Assembly: GCA_965240325.2 (NCBI GenBank)
Contig: OZ251227.1
Location: forward strand, 682,001-746,000
DNA length: 64,000 nucleotides
Origin: Rebecca billardiae RCC1528
Lineage: Eukaryota; Protista; Haptophyta
Reading direction: 5' to 3'
A model generated the notes under the pieces. That model searched no databases. It was not told the origin of the DNA and worked only from the letters and a program-made list of their open reading frames with translations. Shown here in pieces: positions 22,883 to 35,951 of the stretch. The position numbers were made by a program, and so were the translations under genes. How positions within the stretch are numbered: the first letter of the stretch is position 1; every line of letters begins with the position of its first letter.

Positions 22883-24443
22883 ATGATCGTCGCCACGCTC
22901 GCCGGGCTGGCGCTCGGACTCCTCCTCGTCGGGTGGCTCCTCCTCGACGTGGTGTTACAGGTGGTGCTGCGCAAGCTGCTCGACCGGATCGGCCTGCTCG
23001 AGCCCACCTTCACCTTCAAGTCGCGCTGGGGCACGCGCCGCGCGTCGTTCATCGTGCGCAACGGCGTGCTGCCCGGCTGGTTCGCCGAGTGCATGAACAT
23101 CTCGGGGTACTTCGTGCCGAGCTTCAACAAGCGGCACGTGTTCGACGAGCTCACCCTCACCGTCTCGTGGACCGGCCGGCCGTGGGCCACCGCGCACTTC
23201 AACCACATCGAGATGTTCCTCGTGAGCACGCCCAAGTCCAAGTGGGGCGAGGGCAAGGCGCCGCTCGCCGCGTGGATCGCGGGGTACCACGAGTGGGTGC
23301 TCGACTGGGTGACGCGGCACCTCGACGTGGCGTGCGCCCTCCCGCGCGCCCGGCTGCGCTGGCACGAGGACCTCTCCAACTGGATCCGGCGCGCCGTGAC
23401 CGAGCTGCTCAACCACCTGGAGGCGAGCATCGGCACGCTCTCCGTGCACCTCGACGAGCCGCACTTCGGCTGGGGCGAGGGCGCGGGGATCTTCGCGCGG
23501 ATGACGGACGTGCGCGCGAGCACGATGGGCATGGGCGTGCCCAAGGCGCGCGGCATCAACCAGTGGTGCCCCGCCACCGTCAAGGGCTCGATCGCGCGCT
23601 GGGAGTCGATGGTGCCGCCGCCCGCCACCGCAGAGGAGAGGCTGCACGGCTCGCCGCCGCTCATGACGGTGGTCGGGCTCGAGCTCGCGCTCGAGCTCGA
23701 CGGGGACATGGACCTGCGCTTCGACATCGCCGAGATGAGCCACTACGTCGACGCGCGGCGCATGCGCGCCCTCGTCGGGCTGTGCGCGCTCTACAACGAG
23801 TACGGCGAGTGGTACTACGGGCTGTGGGATGCGGACGAGGCGGGCAGGCGCGCGCGCGCGCAGGACGCGCCGCTCGTGCGCGCGGCGCAGCGGCGGCACG
23901 CGTACCACGCGGCGATCGCGCGCGACACGTCGCGCGACGCCGCCGAGCGCTGCGCCGCGCTCGAGCGCGCCAACAAGATCGCCGCCTCGCTGCCGTTCGA
24001 GGCCGCGCTCTGGCTGAGGCACTCGGCCGGGTACGTGCAGCCGCCGCCGACCAAGCCGGACAAGCGGGGCGCGGCGAGGAGCCCGACGGCGGCGGAGGCG
24101 GCGGCGCTGGCGGGCACGGGCGCGCAGCCGCGGTGGCACGCCATCGCCTCGGGCGCCGCGCGCGTGCCGCCGTACAGCCCGCTCTTCTGGCGCTGGCCCG
24201 TCGAGGCCGTCGCGCGGCTGAACGCTGACGGCAGCCTCGACCTCGACGGCGGCTTTGCGCGCGTGCTCGCGGTCGCCAACGCGCTGTGGGAGAAGCGCCG
24301 GCCGATGCGCACGCTGCGGCTCGACTTCAACGTGGGCCTCCTGCGCTCGTGGCTCAACGACGGCGTCGGCTCGTGCGCCGCGCCGCCCTCCGCCGCCGCC
24401 GCGTCCGCGGGCGGCGCCACCGGGCTCGGCGTCGAGTCGCCGC

Positions 24444-24480
<37 letters not shown>

Positions 24481-27400
24481 GCGGCCGCACGCGCGCTCAA
24501 GCCTGCGGCAGCGAGCCGTCTTCAAGATGCCCGGCCGCGCGCAGGCGCGCGCGCCGACCTTCTCGACGCTGCACGAGGCCGCCGGCGCCGACGCCGGCGC
24601 CACGCCCGCGCCCGCCGCGCGCGCCGCGCCCGCCGCGCGGCCGCCGCCGCCCGCGCGCTCCGCGCCGCTGCCCTCGTCCGCGCCCTTCTCCGAGGTGGAG
24701 CGAATGTGCTTCCAGCTCACGCTGTCCTTCAAGCCGCACGTGGACGCGGCGGCGCTGGTGGGCGCGCCGCACCAGCTCGGCCGCGCGTGCGCCGCCGGCG
24801 CGCGCGGCGACGCCGTCGTCGAGGGCCCGCGCCGCCTGTGGATCTCGCTCTCGCTGCTGCGCGCGGGCGTGGTCGACACGCGCGACGGCGCGCACTGCCC
24901 GACGCCGCACCGCGAGGTGATCGGACGCACGCCCGCGCTCGGCGCGCAGACGAACATGCTCAACCTCGCGTTCGGCAAGCACCGCGACGGCGGCGTGGGC
25001 GTCGCGCTGCGCATCTCGCACGCCTGCGCCGTCGCGCGCGCCGACATCGGCGCCCTCGTCCTGCGCTGCCTGCCGCCCCCCGGCGCGTATGCCTCGGTGG
25101 TCGCGCTCTGCACTCTCTCCAACGACGGCGGCGTCGACGACTACGCGCTGCAGCTGGGCGCGGGCGGCGTGGACGAGGACATCGGCGTGGCGCGCGGCGG
25201 CGGCGCCGCCGCGCACGCCGAGCTCCCCGCCACGCTCACCTCGCCGCCCGCCGCGGTGACGGCGGGCGCGGACGCGCCGGCGCCGCCCGGCCGCGGGGAC
25301 GTGGACAAGTGCCGCGCGCGCGTGCTGAGCGAGCTCGTCAAGGAGCAGCTGCTGCTCTCGGGCAGGCCGCTCTCGGCGCGCGTGGAGCTGCACTCGGTGT
25401 ACGCGTGCCTCGTGCAGGCCTCGGCCGAGACCTCCGCCGCACCGTCCGACGGCGCCGTCGCCGTCCGCCCCGCGTTCGGCTGCCGGCTCTCCACGGAGCT
25501 CTCGCTGTCCTCGTCGGCGCGCGGCGAGGCGGCGGTGCTGCGCTCGCAGCTCGCGCTGATGCTGTGCCGGCTGGACACGGACTCGCGCGACCTGGTGATG
25601 GACATCGAGGCGGCGACGCGGCACTACCTGCTCGACCCGACCGAGCTGCGCCTCAGCTACACCGCCGCGCGCCACGGGCCGGGCGCCGACGGCGGCGGCG
25701 GCCGCGGCGGCCGCGCCCAGTTCAGCACGCCTGGCCGCGGCGGGCCGAGCGCGTGGGCGGCGGCCTCGGCCACGGCGGCCGAGGCGAGGCGCGCGTCGGC
25801 GGCGGAGCCGGGCTCGCCCTCCGAGCTGCGCACCCCGCCCACCTCGCCGCCGCCCGCCGCCGCCGCCAAGCTCGCCGCCGCGCCGGCGGCGACCGCGCCG
25901 GCAGCGGCCCCGAGCGCAGCCGCGCCGGGCGCGTCGTCGCTCGCGCCGGCTGCGCGCGGCGCGGCGGCGCCGAGCGCGCCGGCGGCATCGTCGCCGTTCC
26001 TCGTCACGCCAGCCGCCTCGGCGCCGGGCGACGGCGCGGAGGACGAGCCGGGCCGAGCGTCCGAGCCCGCCAGGCGCCACCCCTCCGTCACCTTCGCCGC
26101 GCCCGACGACGCGCGCTCGCTGCGCCCGCCGCCCATCCCCGAGCATGAGGAGGCGGAGGCGGACCCGCCGCCCATCCCCGAGCATGAGGCGGCGGAGGCG
26201 GAGGCGGAGGAGGCGGCGGAGGCGGCCGAGGGGCACGCGGCCGTGGGCGTGGGCGTGCGCAGGGAGTCGGCGGTGGAGACGGAGGCGCGGCTCGCGCAGG
26301 CGGCGGAGGCGGCGGCGGTGGCGGACGCGGAGGCGGTCGTTCACTCGATCGAGGCCAAGCAGTGGTCCGACGACGCCGCCGCCGCCGCCGCCGCGCGCCG
26401 CCGGCACGCGCCGCGCCCTTTGTCGATGCGGCGCGCGCTGATCGTGCAGCTTGGAGAGGTGGGCACCTGTGTGACGCCGCACGACCTGGCGGCGATCCTG
26501 GGCGGGACGCGGCTGATCTCGGCGGGGCTGAAGGACATTGGCCGCGTGCAGCGCGCGCGCGCGGCGGCGAGCGTGCACGCGCCCAGCGTGCCGCCGCCAC
26601 GCAACGTGCCGCCCAAGCCTGACGCATCCGCGCCGCCGCCGCGCGCTCGGCAGCCGTCGGTCGCCGAGGCGGCGTCGCTCAACGGGGAAGCCATCGCGAA
26701 GGCGAGGGCGCACGAGCCGCCGCCGCCGAGCGTGGCGGTGCGCACGACGGTGGCGGTGCGCGTGGACGCGCTCACCCTCAACATCGTCAACGGCGCGTGG
26801 CAGCCCGTGCTCGCCGTCGACGCCAACGCCTCGGCCGCGCTCGGCGCGCTGCAGCGGCGCGTCGCCAGGCCTGACGCGCTCGACGCGCTCGACGCGGGCG
26901 AGCGCGCCACGCTGATGGGCGGCAAGACGGGTCTGCTCCCGACCGACCGGATGCGCGCGCGTCTGCTCGTTGGCCTCAAGGCGGCGTGCTACAACCCGCT
27001 CGTGCGCGAGCTCGAGCCCATCCTCGAGCCCTACTCGCTCGAGGCCGACATGGAGAAGCTGCCGGCCACGCTCGGCGTGCTCAGGGCGGGCGGCGCGGCC
27101 GAGTGCGGCGCGGGCGGCGAGCCGCTGCTGCCCACGCGGTACTCGACGCTGCGCCGGCGCACGGGCAAGGCGCGTGGCCCGCGCACCTTTCAGGAAGTCC
27201 TCTCCGCCGACGCGCGGCGCGACGGCGCCCTCCGGCTCTCCGTGCGCTCGGAGCGCGTGTTCAACGTGAACGTGACGCCTCCGCTCATCACGACGCTGCG
27301 CGACATCGCGGGCTTCAGGTCGGAGGTGGAGGCGGTGGAGGCGGTGACCCGCGCGGAGGAGGCGGCGGCGGCGGGCGGCGGCGGCGGCGGCGCGTCCGCC

Positions 27401-30400
27401 TCCGCGGGCAAGTCCGCCCTCGTCGCTGTGCTCAACGAGACCTGCCTCCCCTTTGGCGTCACCTACGTGCCGGCGGCGGCGGCGGCGGGCGCGGGCGGCG
27501 GCGGCGGCGGCGGCGGCTCGGACGCGGGCGCGACGCCGCCGCCCAGCCCCGGGCCCGGGCCGTCCGCGGCGGCGGCGGCGGCGGAGGCGTTCCGCGCGGG
27601 CGCGCCGACCGACCCGACGACGCTGACGGCCGGCCGCGGCCAGCGCATCGCGATGGGCGCGGAGCCCCCGCCGCCGGGCGCGCCGGCCACGGGCACGCCG
27701 CGCGCGGGCGGCAGTCGGGAGCCGCGCTGGTGGTCGCTGCCAGAGCTGCGAAGGCGCGAGGTGCGCGCGGCGGAGTCGTCGATCGTGCTGCGGCCGCTCG
27801 CGTCGGGCGGTGCCGCCGCCCCGCCCGACGGCGGCGGGTTCACCTTCCCGCTCTCGCAGACGCGGCCGTGCGCGCTGCCGCTCCCGTTCTCGGAGGTGGT
27901 GGGCGCGGCGCTGGGCGCGGCCGAGCGCGAGCGCACGCTGCTGGGCGCGACGACCGCGGCGGCGATCACGTCGACGGTGGTGATGGAGCCGGTGCAGGAC
28001 GCGCTCTCGCGCTCGCGGCTGCTCGTGCTGCGCTCCAACGTGCGCGTGCGCAACGCAACCACCGTGCCCATCCCCGTCCTCGTCCGGCCGACCGCGGCGG
28101 CGGGCGCGGCCGTCGTCGCGAGCGCTCGGCAGGCGGTGCTGGCGGGCGCCGCGGGCGCCGACGGCTCCGACGGCTTCGACTCGCTGTTCCACTTCGAGCG
28201 GTGGCTCGCGCCGGGCGAGGTGGCGTGTGTGCCACTGCCGCTCTGCCGCGTGGCCGAGCTGCTGCTGCCGCACGGCCACGTCACCAGCGGCGCGCTCGGC
28301 AGTGCGGGCGCGGGCGGCGGCGGCCGATCGGCCGGCGGCGGCGGCGCCGGCGGCGGCGGCGGCAGTCTCGCCTCGCAGCGCCTCACGATGGAGTGGCTGC
28401 TCCGCCGCGCGGCGGCGCTCGCGTGCGGCGCGTCGGCGTCGTCCGGCGCGGACGACGCGTCCGCCGCGCGCTCGCGCAAGCGCGCCGCCGAGCCGCGCGA
28501 CCTGGCGGCGGACGCGGCGCAGGCGGCCGTGAACGGCAGCTGGCTGGCGGAGGCGTGGCTGGCCTCGCCGTGGCCTGCGTACTGCCTCCTGCTCTCCGCC
28601 TCGCCCGTGTCGAACCTGCGCGGCTGCTCCGACCTGGAGCTCTCGGTGCACGTGCGCGTGAGTGTGCGCAACCACCTGCCAGCGCCGCTCTGCGTGCGCG
28701 TCGCCGCGCACGCCTCGCTGCGGCGCGCGCTCGGGCCGGCGGGCGGCGCGCTGCTCGCTGGCGGCGACGCAGAGTCTGCGGCGCGCGCGCTCGCGGCGCT
28801 CAAGCGGCCCAAGGAGCTCATCGGCGTGATCGCGAAGCACGCGGACGAGCACGGCGCGCGCGCGGCGCTGCGGCGTCACTTCAAGCTGACCGACGAGCAG
28901 GCCTCGCAGCTGCTCGAGCTGCCGCTCGCGCAGTACACGGCGGGGCGCGTCGAGGCTCTGCGCGCGGCCGTGCGCGCGTCCGCGGCCGCGAGCGCGGCCG
29001 CGAGCGCGCGCGCCGTCGGCGGGCCCGACTCGGCGACGGCGGGCGGCAAGGGCGGCGGCGGCGTGAGCGCGGCCGCGAGCGCCGCAACCGCCGCCGCCAC
29101 CGCCGACGACGACCCCCAGTGGCACGCCACCTACTCCGAGGTCCTGCGCGAGGTGCTCGCCTCGGACGGCGAGCCGTACGCGATCGGCTCGGGCGAGGGC
29201 ACCGAGCTGCCGCACTGGTCGGCAGCGCCCGGGCTGCACCTGCAGCTGAGCTTCGGGCGGCGCTCGGGCGGCGGCGCGGGCGGCGCGGCGGCGGCGCGTG
29301 CGGCGGCGGCGGCCGCCGCCGCCGCCGCCGCCGCGGACGCGGACGACGAGCTCGGCGCCGCCGCGAGCGCCGCGGCGCGCGACGGCGCGGGCGGCGGCGA
29401 CGACGACGACGGCGACGGCGGCGGCGGCGGCGGCGGCGGCGGCGCGGACGAGGGCGGCGAGGGCGCGCACAGCGACGGGCAGCCCACCGAGGAGGACGCG
29501 CTCGACGGCGACGCGGACGCGGGCGTGGACGAGGTGGCCGACGACGCGTACGCCGGCGCCGGCCTCTCCGACGCCCTCGCCGACGACCGCGTGTGGGGCG
29601 AGCCGTTTTCGATCGAGCCGCTGGCGCCGTCCGCGGCCGCGCGCTCCTTCACCTCCCTCGCCACGCTCGAGTCGACGCCCGCTGACGGCGGGCGCGCTCT
29701 GACGTGTGAGGTGTGCGTGCAGCACACGCCGCACCAGCCGCTCGAGATCACGCTCAGGTCGCCCATCTGGGTGGTGAACAAGACCTCCCTCGCGCTCGGC
29801 ATTCTCGACGCGGCGCCGAGCGGCGCGGCGACGCGCATGCCCTTTGGCGGCGGCGGCGGCGGCGCGGCCGACGCGCGCGCGCGCACGCTCGCCTCGTCCG
29901 TCACGTTCCGGCTGGCGGCGCCGGGCGGCTCGGCGTTCGCGGACGGCGAGCTGGCGCACGCCGAGGCGCGCCGGCTCGACGACGAGCGCGCCGAGCACGG
30001 CGCGCACGCCGACGCCTCGGGCGCGGCCGGCGGCGCGCAGGGCCGCGTGTGGTGCCCTGCGCTCGTGTCCGCGCGCGCGCCGGGCGGCAAGCTCACGCTG
30101 CGGCCGCGCGGCGTGCAGCTCTCGGCGGCGGCGATGGAGCAGGCGATCGCCGCGCCGAGCGGGCGGCCGGCGGACGCGCCGACGCTGTGCGTCCCGTTCA
30201 CCGCGCTCCCGCGCGAGCTCGCCCGCGAGTCCGAGCCCTTCGCCATCGACGTGGCGGGCGACCGCGGGGAGGTGCGCCTGGGCTCCAACGGCGTGCTCGG
30301 GCTGACGGTGGGCGCGCCGCCCGACCAGTACGTGGCGGCCGGGACGAAGGTGGTGACGGTGGTGCCGCGGTACGTGGTGCTCAACGCGCTCTCGACGCCC

Positions 30401-32189
30401 ATCGAGTACCTCACAGCGCTCGTCGCCGCCTCCTTCGTCCAGCGCCACCGGCAGGCGGTGGTGCCGAGCGCGGAGCTGCCCGCGGCGCTGCGGCACTCCG
30501 CCATCAGCGTGCTGCCCGCCGGCTGCGCCGCGCCGGTGTACACGTTCGGCCAGCGCGTCGTGGCGACGGAGGAGGCGGCGGAGGGGCAGGAGGAGGGCGG
30601 CGCGCACGCCGCCGGCGCGGACGACGCCTCCTCGCCCGCCGCGGCCTCGTCGGCGGGCGGCGGCGTCGGCGGCGGCGGCGGCGGCGGCCAGAGCGGAAGC
30701 ACCAAGGGCGCCGAGCTGCGTGTGCTGATGGTGCGCGCGGCCGAGCCCGAGGCGGTCTGGTCGCCGCCCATCTTCCTCGACCGGCCGGACAACCTGCACT
30801 TCGACTCGTCGATGGCGCGCGCCGCGGGGCCGGGCGAGCCCGTCGACCTCTCCGCCTCCGCCTCCGCCGAGCTCGACCAGGCGGCGGGCGGCGGCGGCGG
30901 CGGCGGCGGCGGCGGCTCGGGCGGCGGCTGCGCGCCGTCGGCGGCCATCCTCCGCGCGACGCTCAAGACAGAGGGCGCGACGATCTTCGCCGCGCTGGGC
31001 GACGCGTCGGCGACGCCGCCGTACCGCATCGCGAATCGCTCGCGGCACACGGTGTGGTACGAGCAGAACTCGGTCGGCTGGTCGCGCGAGTCCCTCGCCC
31101 CGGGCCGGCGCCGCACGTTTGTGTGGGGCGCTCCGTACGGCGTCGAGCGCAAGCTGCGGATGGGGGTGCGCGGCGCGCCGGGCATGGCGGTGTGGCGGCT
31201 CGACGTGATGCAGGGCTCGCTCGTGCTGCCGCTGTACCCGGGGGCGAAGGGCGCGGCGGCGGAGGCGGGCGACGACGCCGGCTCCGCCATCCACGCGTGC
31301 CTCTTCCCCGCCAACGGCACGATCACCCTCGAGCTCTTCTCGACGGCGCGCGAGCTGCGCGACGCGCAGCTGAGGCGCAACGAGCGGCTGCGCGCGCGCG
31401 CGGGCCAGCTGCCGCTCCCGGAGAGCGGCGCGGTGGCGGGCGCGCCGGCGCCGGAGCAGGCGCAGCTGCAGTTCGACTGGGCCTTCCTCGGCCTCGGCGT
31501 CACCGTGCTCTCCGCGCAGCCGCGCGAGCTCCTCCACCTCGCCGTGCGCGGGCTGCACGGCTCGGCGCGCGCGCTCGGCGACTCGCAGCTCCTCAAGCTG
31601 AGCGTCGCGCACCTCCAGGTGGACAACATGCTCAGCGCGGACGCGGCGCCGTTCCTGCTCTCGGTCGCAAGCGCGGGGAGCGGGGGCGGCGCGGCCGGCC
31701 GGATGGGCGCGCCGCCGCTCGGCGCCGAGCACAGCGAGGCCCCGCTGCTCGCCGCGCTCGGCGAGAGCGAGCGCGCGGCCGCGGACGGCGGCGGCGCGGC
31801 CGGCGGGTGCGTGCTCGTGCCTGCGCACCCGTTCCTCGAGCTGATCGTGCACAAGGAGGCGCACCCGGCGGACACGTACCGGTACGTGTACGCGCACACG
31901 TCGCAGCTCAAGGCCGTCGTCGACGTGCCCTTCATGCACGAGCTCGTCCGCGCCTTCGTCTGGCCGGTGATCGCCGGGCTGAAGACGCAGGCGGCAGCCA
32001 AGTCCCTCGCGCGGCAGCGCACCTTCCACCACCACGGCGCGACGCCGCGCCGCGCGGAGGCGATGCGGCGCAACGCGTCGCGCACGTCGGCCGCCTCGAC
32101 CGAGCTCTCGCGCTACGAATCGGAAGGCGGCGCGCCCAGCTTCTCCGGTGGCACGGCCGCCGCGGCCGCCGCGGGCGGCGGCGGCGGCG

Positions 32190-32241
<52 letters not shown>

Positions 32242-34364
32242 GCCGCAGGCGACGGCGCACGAGGGCGAGTCGTCGGAGTCGCACGCGGGCGAGGTAGCCG
32301 TGCGCTCGCTGTGCACAGGCATCCGCCTCCCCTGGGGCTCGCTCTCCGACGCGTCCCACGGGCGCGGGCAGCGCGTCTACATCGAGCTGCTGCAGGTGAC
32401 GCCCGCCATCGTCGACCTGACCGTCTCTGTGGGCGACGAGCAGGACTCGCTCGCCAACCTGGTGAACTGGCTCGTGTCGATGATGGTCTCGACGAAGCTG
32501 CCGCCGCTGATCTCGAACGTGCTGCACGCCGCGCTCACGCTCATTGCCGCGTTCGTCACCTCGTTCGGCGCCAACCTCGCCTCGATCTCGGACGCGAGAT
32601 ACCGGCTGCCGCTGCTGTTTGAGCGGCACGTGTTTGAACACCCGGAGGAGCTCGCGATGCGCCTCGGCGCCATCGTGCGCTCGTCGGTGCTGATGCAGTC
32701 GGCGAAGCTGCTCGGCTACTCGGACCTGCTCGGCAACCCGTTCGCCGCCGTCTCCCGCCTCGGCGGCGACGTGGACGCGCTGCAGCAGGCGCTCTACTCG
32801 GGCGAGGCCGTGGCGATCGCGGAGGGCGTGTCCGGGCTCGCGCTCGGCGCGGTCGGCACTGTCGCGGCGACGGGCGCCAAGGTGACGGGCGGGATGGGGC
32901 GCGTGCTCGTGAACGTGGCGGGCGAGTCGCTCGAGCTCAACGCGCACTCGCACTCGGGGCAGCGCGCGCCGCAGCACGTGGGCGAGGGCCTGCTGCTGTG
33001 CACGCAGATGGTCGGCCTGGGCGTGTACCGCGGCGTGACCGGTCTGATCATCAAGCCGCTCGAGGGCGCGCGCGAGGAGGGCTTCCGAGGCTTCACGACC
33101 GGCGTGGTGCGCGGCGCGGTCGGCGTGATCGCCGTGCCGCTCGGCGCGGGGCTGGGCGGGCTCGCCAAGCTGCTCGAGTCCGTCGACTCGACCACGCAAT
33201 TCGCCTTCCTCTCCGGCGGCGCGCGCACGCTCGACCGCCGCGTCGCGATCCGGCCCGCGCGCTCCTTCTACGCGCCCTCGGAGGAAGCGCACATGTCCGC
33301 GGGCAGGGAGCGCATGGAGCGCACGCTGCGACCGCTGCATGACTGCATGGTCTCGGAGATGCAGATCATCATCGAGTCGCTCACGCTGCCGGTCGAGCCG
33401 AGGGCGCCCGCGCCGGGCGCGCGCGGCGGCGCGGACTCCGACGCCGCCGCCGACGCCGCCGAGCCGCCGCCCGCCGAGCGCGTGCTGCGCGTGCGCATGT
33501 ACGTGTCCAACCGGCAGAGCGGCCGGCCGGACGCGCGGATGCAGCAGGTGCCGCTGGGCGTGACGCGCGAGGTGCGCGCCGCGCGCCCGCCGCGCGCCCG
33601 CCGCGCGCCGAGCTGCGCCGATGCGGGGCGGAGGCGGGGCGGGGTCCGGAGCGCGCGCGCGGCACGCCGCGCGCCGAGCGGCTGAGACTCGCCCGCGCCG
33701 CGCCGCGCCGCGCCGCGCCGCCTCGCCGCGTGGCGCGCAGGTCACGACCAAGGCCAACTGCCGCTTCGCCACGTGGGACGAGTCGCTGCACCTCTCGGTC
33801 CACTCGCTGTCGGAAGAGCTGTGGTGCGCGTGCGCACCGCGCGCACCGCGCGTGAACAGCGCGGCGCTCGAGCGCCGGCCGCGCCGATGCCGAGCTCGGC
33901 CGATCGGCGCGCGCCGCCCGCGCCGCCCGCGCGCCGCGCTCACGGCTTTGCCGCGCTCACCGCGCGCCTGCTCGCGCAGGCTCGTCGTCGAGGAGGTGCT
34001 CGACAAGAAGAAGGCGGAGGCGGTGGGCCACGTGTGCGTCAAGCTGGACACGGTGCACTCGCTGCTGCCCGCCATGCCGTACCGAGGCTCGGAGCTCGCG
34101 CCCGTGCGGCGGCAGCTGTGGAGCGCGGTGCGCGGCCACGTCAAGCTGACGCGCGCGCTGCAGGCGCCGTCGCACGTGATCGCGCACCAGCGGCGCACGA
34201 TGCGCGTGATGCAGCGCGAGGAGCTCGGTCGGCCCGCGGCGCCGGCGCAGCCGCCCGCGGACGCGCCCGCCGCCGCCGCCGCGACCGCCGCCGCCGCCAT
34301 CGCGCGGCTGCGCGCGGTGCAGGTGCCGCGCGCAGACGAGGACGGCGCGCGCCCCGACGGCGCG

Positions 34365-34398
<34 letters not shown>

Positions 34399-35081
34399 TG
34401 TTCGACGACGCGCCTCAGGACGACGACTCGGACGAGCCGACGGACTCGGAGGAGGAGGAGGAGGAGGTGGGGATGGGCTCGTGCGACGAGGACGAGGAGG
34501 AGGACGAGGGCGCCGAGCTCCGCGCCATGCGCCGCGTCCAGTCCCGGCCGCTGCTCCTGCACCTGCCGCCCGCCCAGCTGCAGCGCCTCTCGGCCGTCAT
34601 CCAGCGCTGCGTGCGCGGCTGGGTGGCGCGGCACAGGCTCGAGCGGCTGGGCGTGCTGTACATCACGATCGGCGGCGCGTCCGAGCTCGTGGTGGACGGG
34701 CTGCGCGCGCGCTCGTCGCGCTGGCGCGCCGAGCTCACCATCGAGGGCGACGCGCGCTCCGCGACCGTCACGCGCCGCACGCACGAGGTGGGCCTCACGT
34801 CGGGCGGCACTGAGCTCGCGTGGGGCGCGACGTTTGCGGTGCTGTGGCGCGGCTCGCGCGCGCGGCTCGCCGTGCGGATCCGCGACTCGAACAACGTCGA
34901 CCTCGGGCCGATGACGCAGCCGCTCGGCGCGGCGCCGCTCCTCACCGCCGACCTGCCCCCGCCGCCCCTCGACCCCGCGCTGCCGTGCGCGCCGTACAAG
35001 ATGTCGCTCGCGCTCGTGCCCTCGTCCACGCGGTATGGCTTCTCGACCACGTTTGGGATGGGGCAGAGCAAGCCCTCGCAC

Positions 35082-35113
<32 letters not shown>

Positions 35114-35573
35114 CGCGGCGAGGCGCGACTCGCGGCTGCCCACCAGCACGATCGACCTGGGCCGGCCGCCGACGCCGCACCCCGCCGGGCGCCAAGGCTC
35201 GCCCAACCTGCGCGGCCGGCACATGCTCAAGGCGGCCGCGAGCTTTGTCGCCGAGACCGGCCTGCCGCCGAGCGCGGGCGTCGTGCACATGGAGCTGGCG
35301 TACCGCCCGCTCAGCGCGGCGGAGGCGGACGGGCTGCTCGGCTCGCCCGTGATGTTCGAGCTGACCGACGGCGCGGGCGAGGCGCGCCGCTCGGTGTGGC
35401 AGTCGATCACGCCGACCAAGCTCTTTGGCGCGCGCCGCCAGGCGGTCGGCAGGCCGCCCGACTCAAGCGCGCAGAGCGCGGGCAAGCTGTGCATGCGGCT
35501 CAAGTACTGGGACTCCTCGACGGTCGGGCATGTCACGCCCATCACCGGCCAGGGCGGAGAGCCTGCAGGCTGA
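22883..35573 (+). CDS. VPS13: VPS13-like bridge lipid-transfer protein (~4,120 aa) with C-terminal C2-like/IQ/C2-like extension, 3 exons
   Basis: VPS13 motifs: LEPILEPY, FNVNVTP, VRNHLP, SPIWVVNKT, TKVVTVVPRYVVLN, PPYRIANRS, LGVTVL...RELLHL, LQVDNML, VYIELLQVTP, KLLGYSDLLGNP, and ATG2_C-like GVTGLIIKPLEGAREEGFRGF. Introns 33572-33740 and 33824-33979. Confidence 0.88.
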
Positions 35574-35951
35574 CTCGGACGTCACCGCGTCGTTGACGAG
35601 ACGGCTGTGTCACGGTGCCAGTGGCCAGCAGTCTGGCGTGGGCCAGCAGGAGTACGTGGAGAGCTGACAGCTGTCATCAGTGTCGCTGATCGCAGCGTCT
35701 ACATGAACATGTACTGCCAGCAGGTAGCGGACCAGCGCGCCGCGCGGCGCGTTCGTCGCCGCGCTGCAAACTTAATCATCATCATCATACATATGCGCTG
35801 ACGAACGCGTCGGCGGGGCCCTGCGATGGCCTCGTCCGAGGCCAACCCGCGCCGTGAGCCGCCGTAACGGGTCACACCTGTCCCGTCGGAGCGGAGGACC
35901 GGAGGTCGTAGGGACCGAATGGGGTGCGCAGCCCATGCAATCGTGGCAGAG

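Noticed and set aside
24497-34300. 3267-aa minus-strand ORF and other long overlapping ORFs (e.g. 10242-13475, 29131-32085)
   Set aside because: Stop-poor antisense/alternate frames expected at this GC content opposite genuine genes; no motifs.
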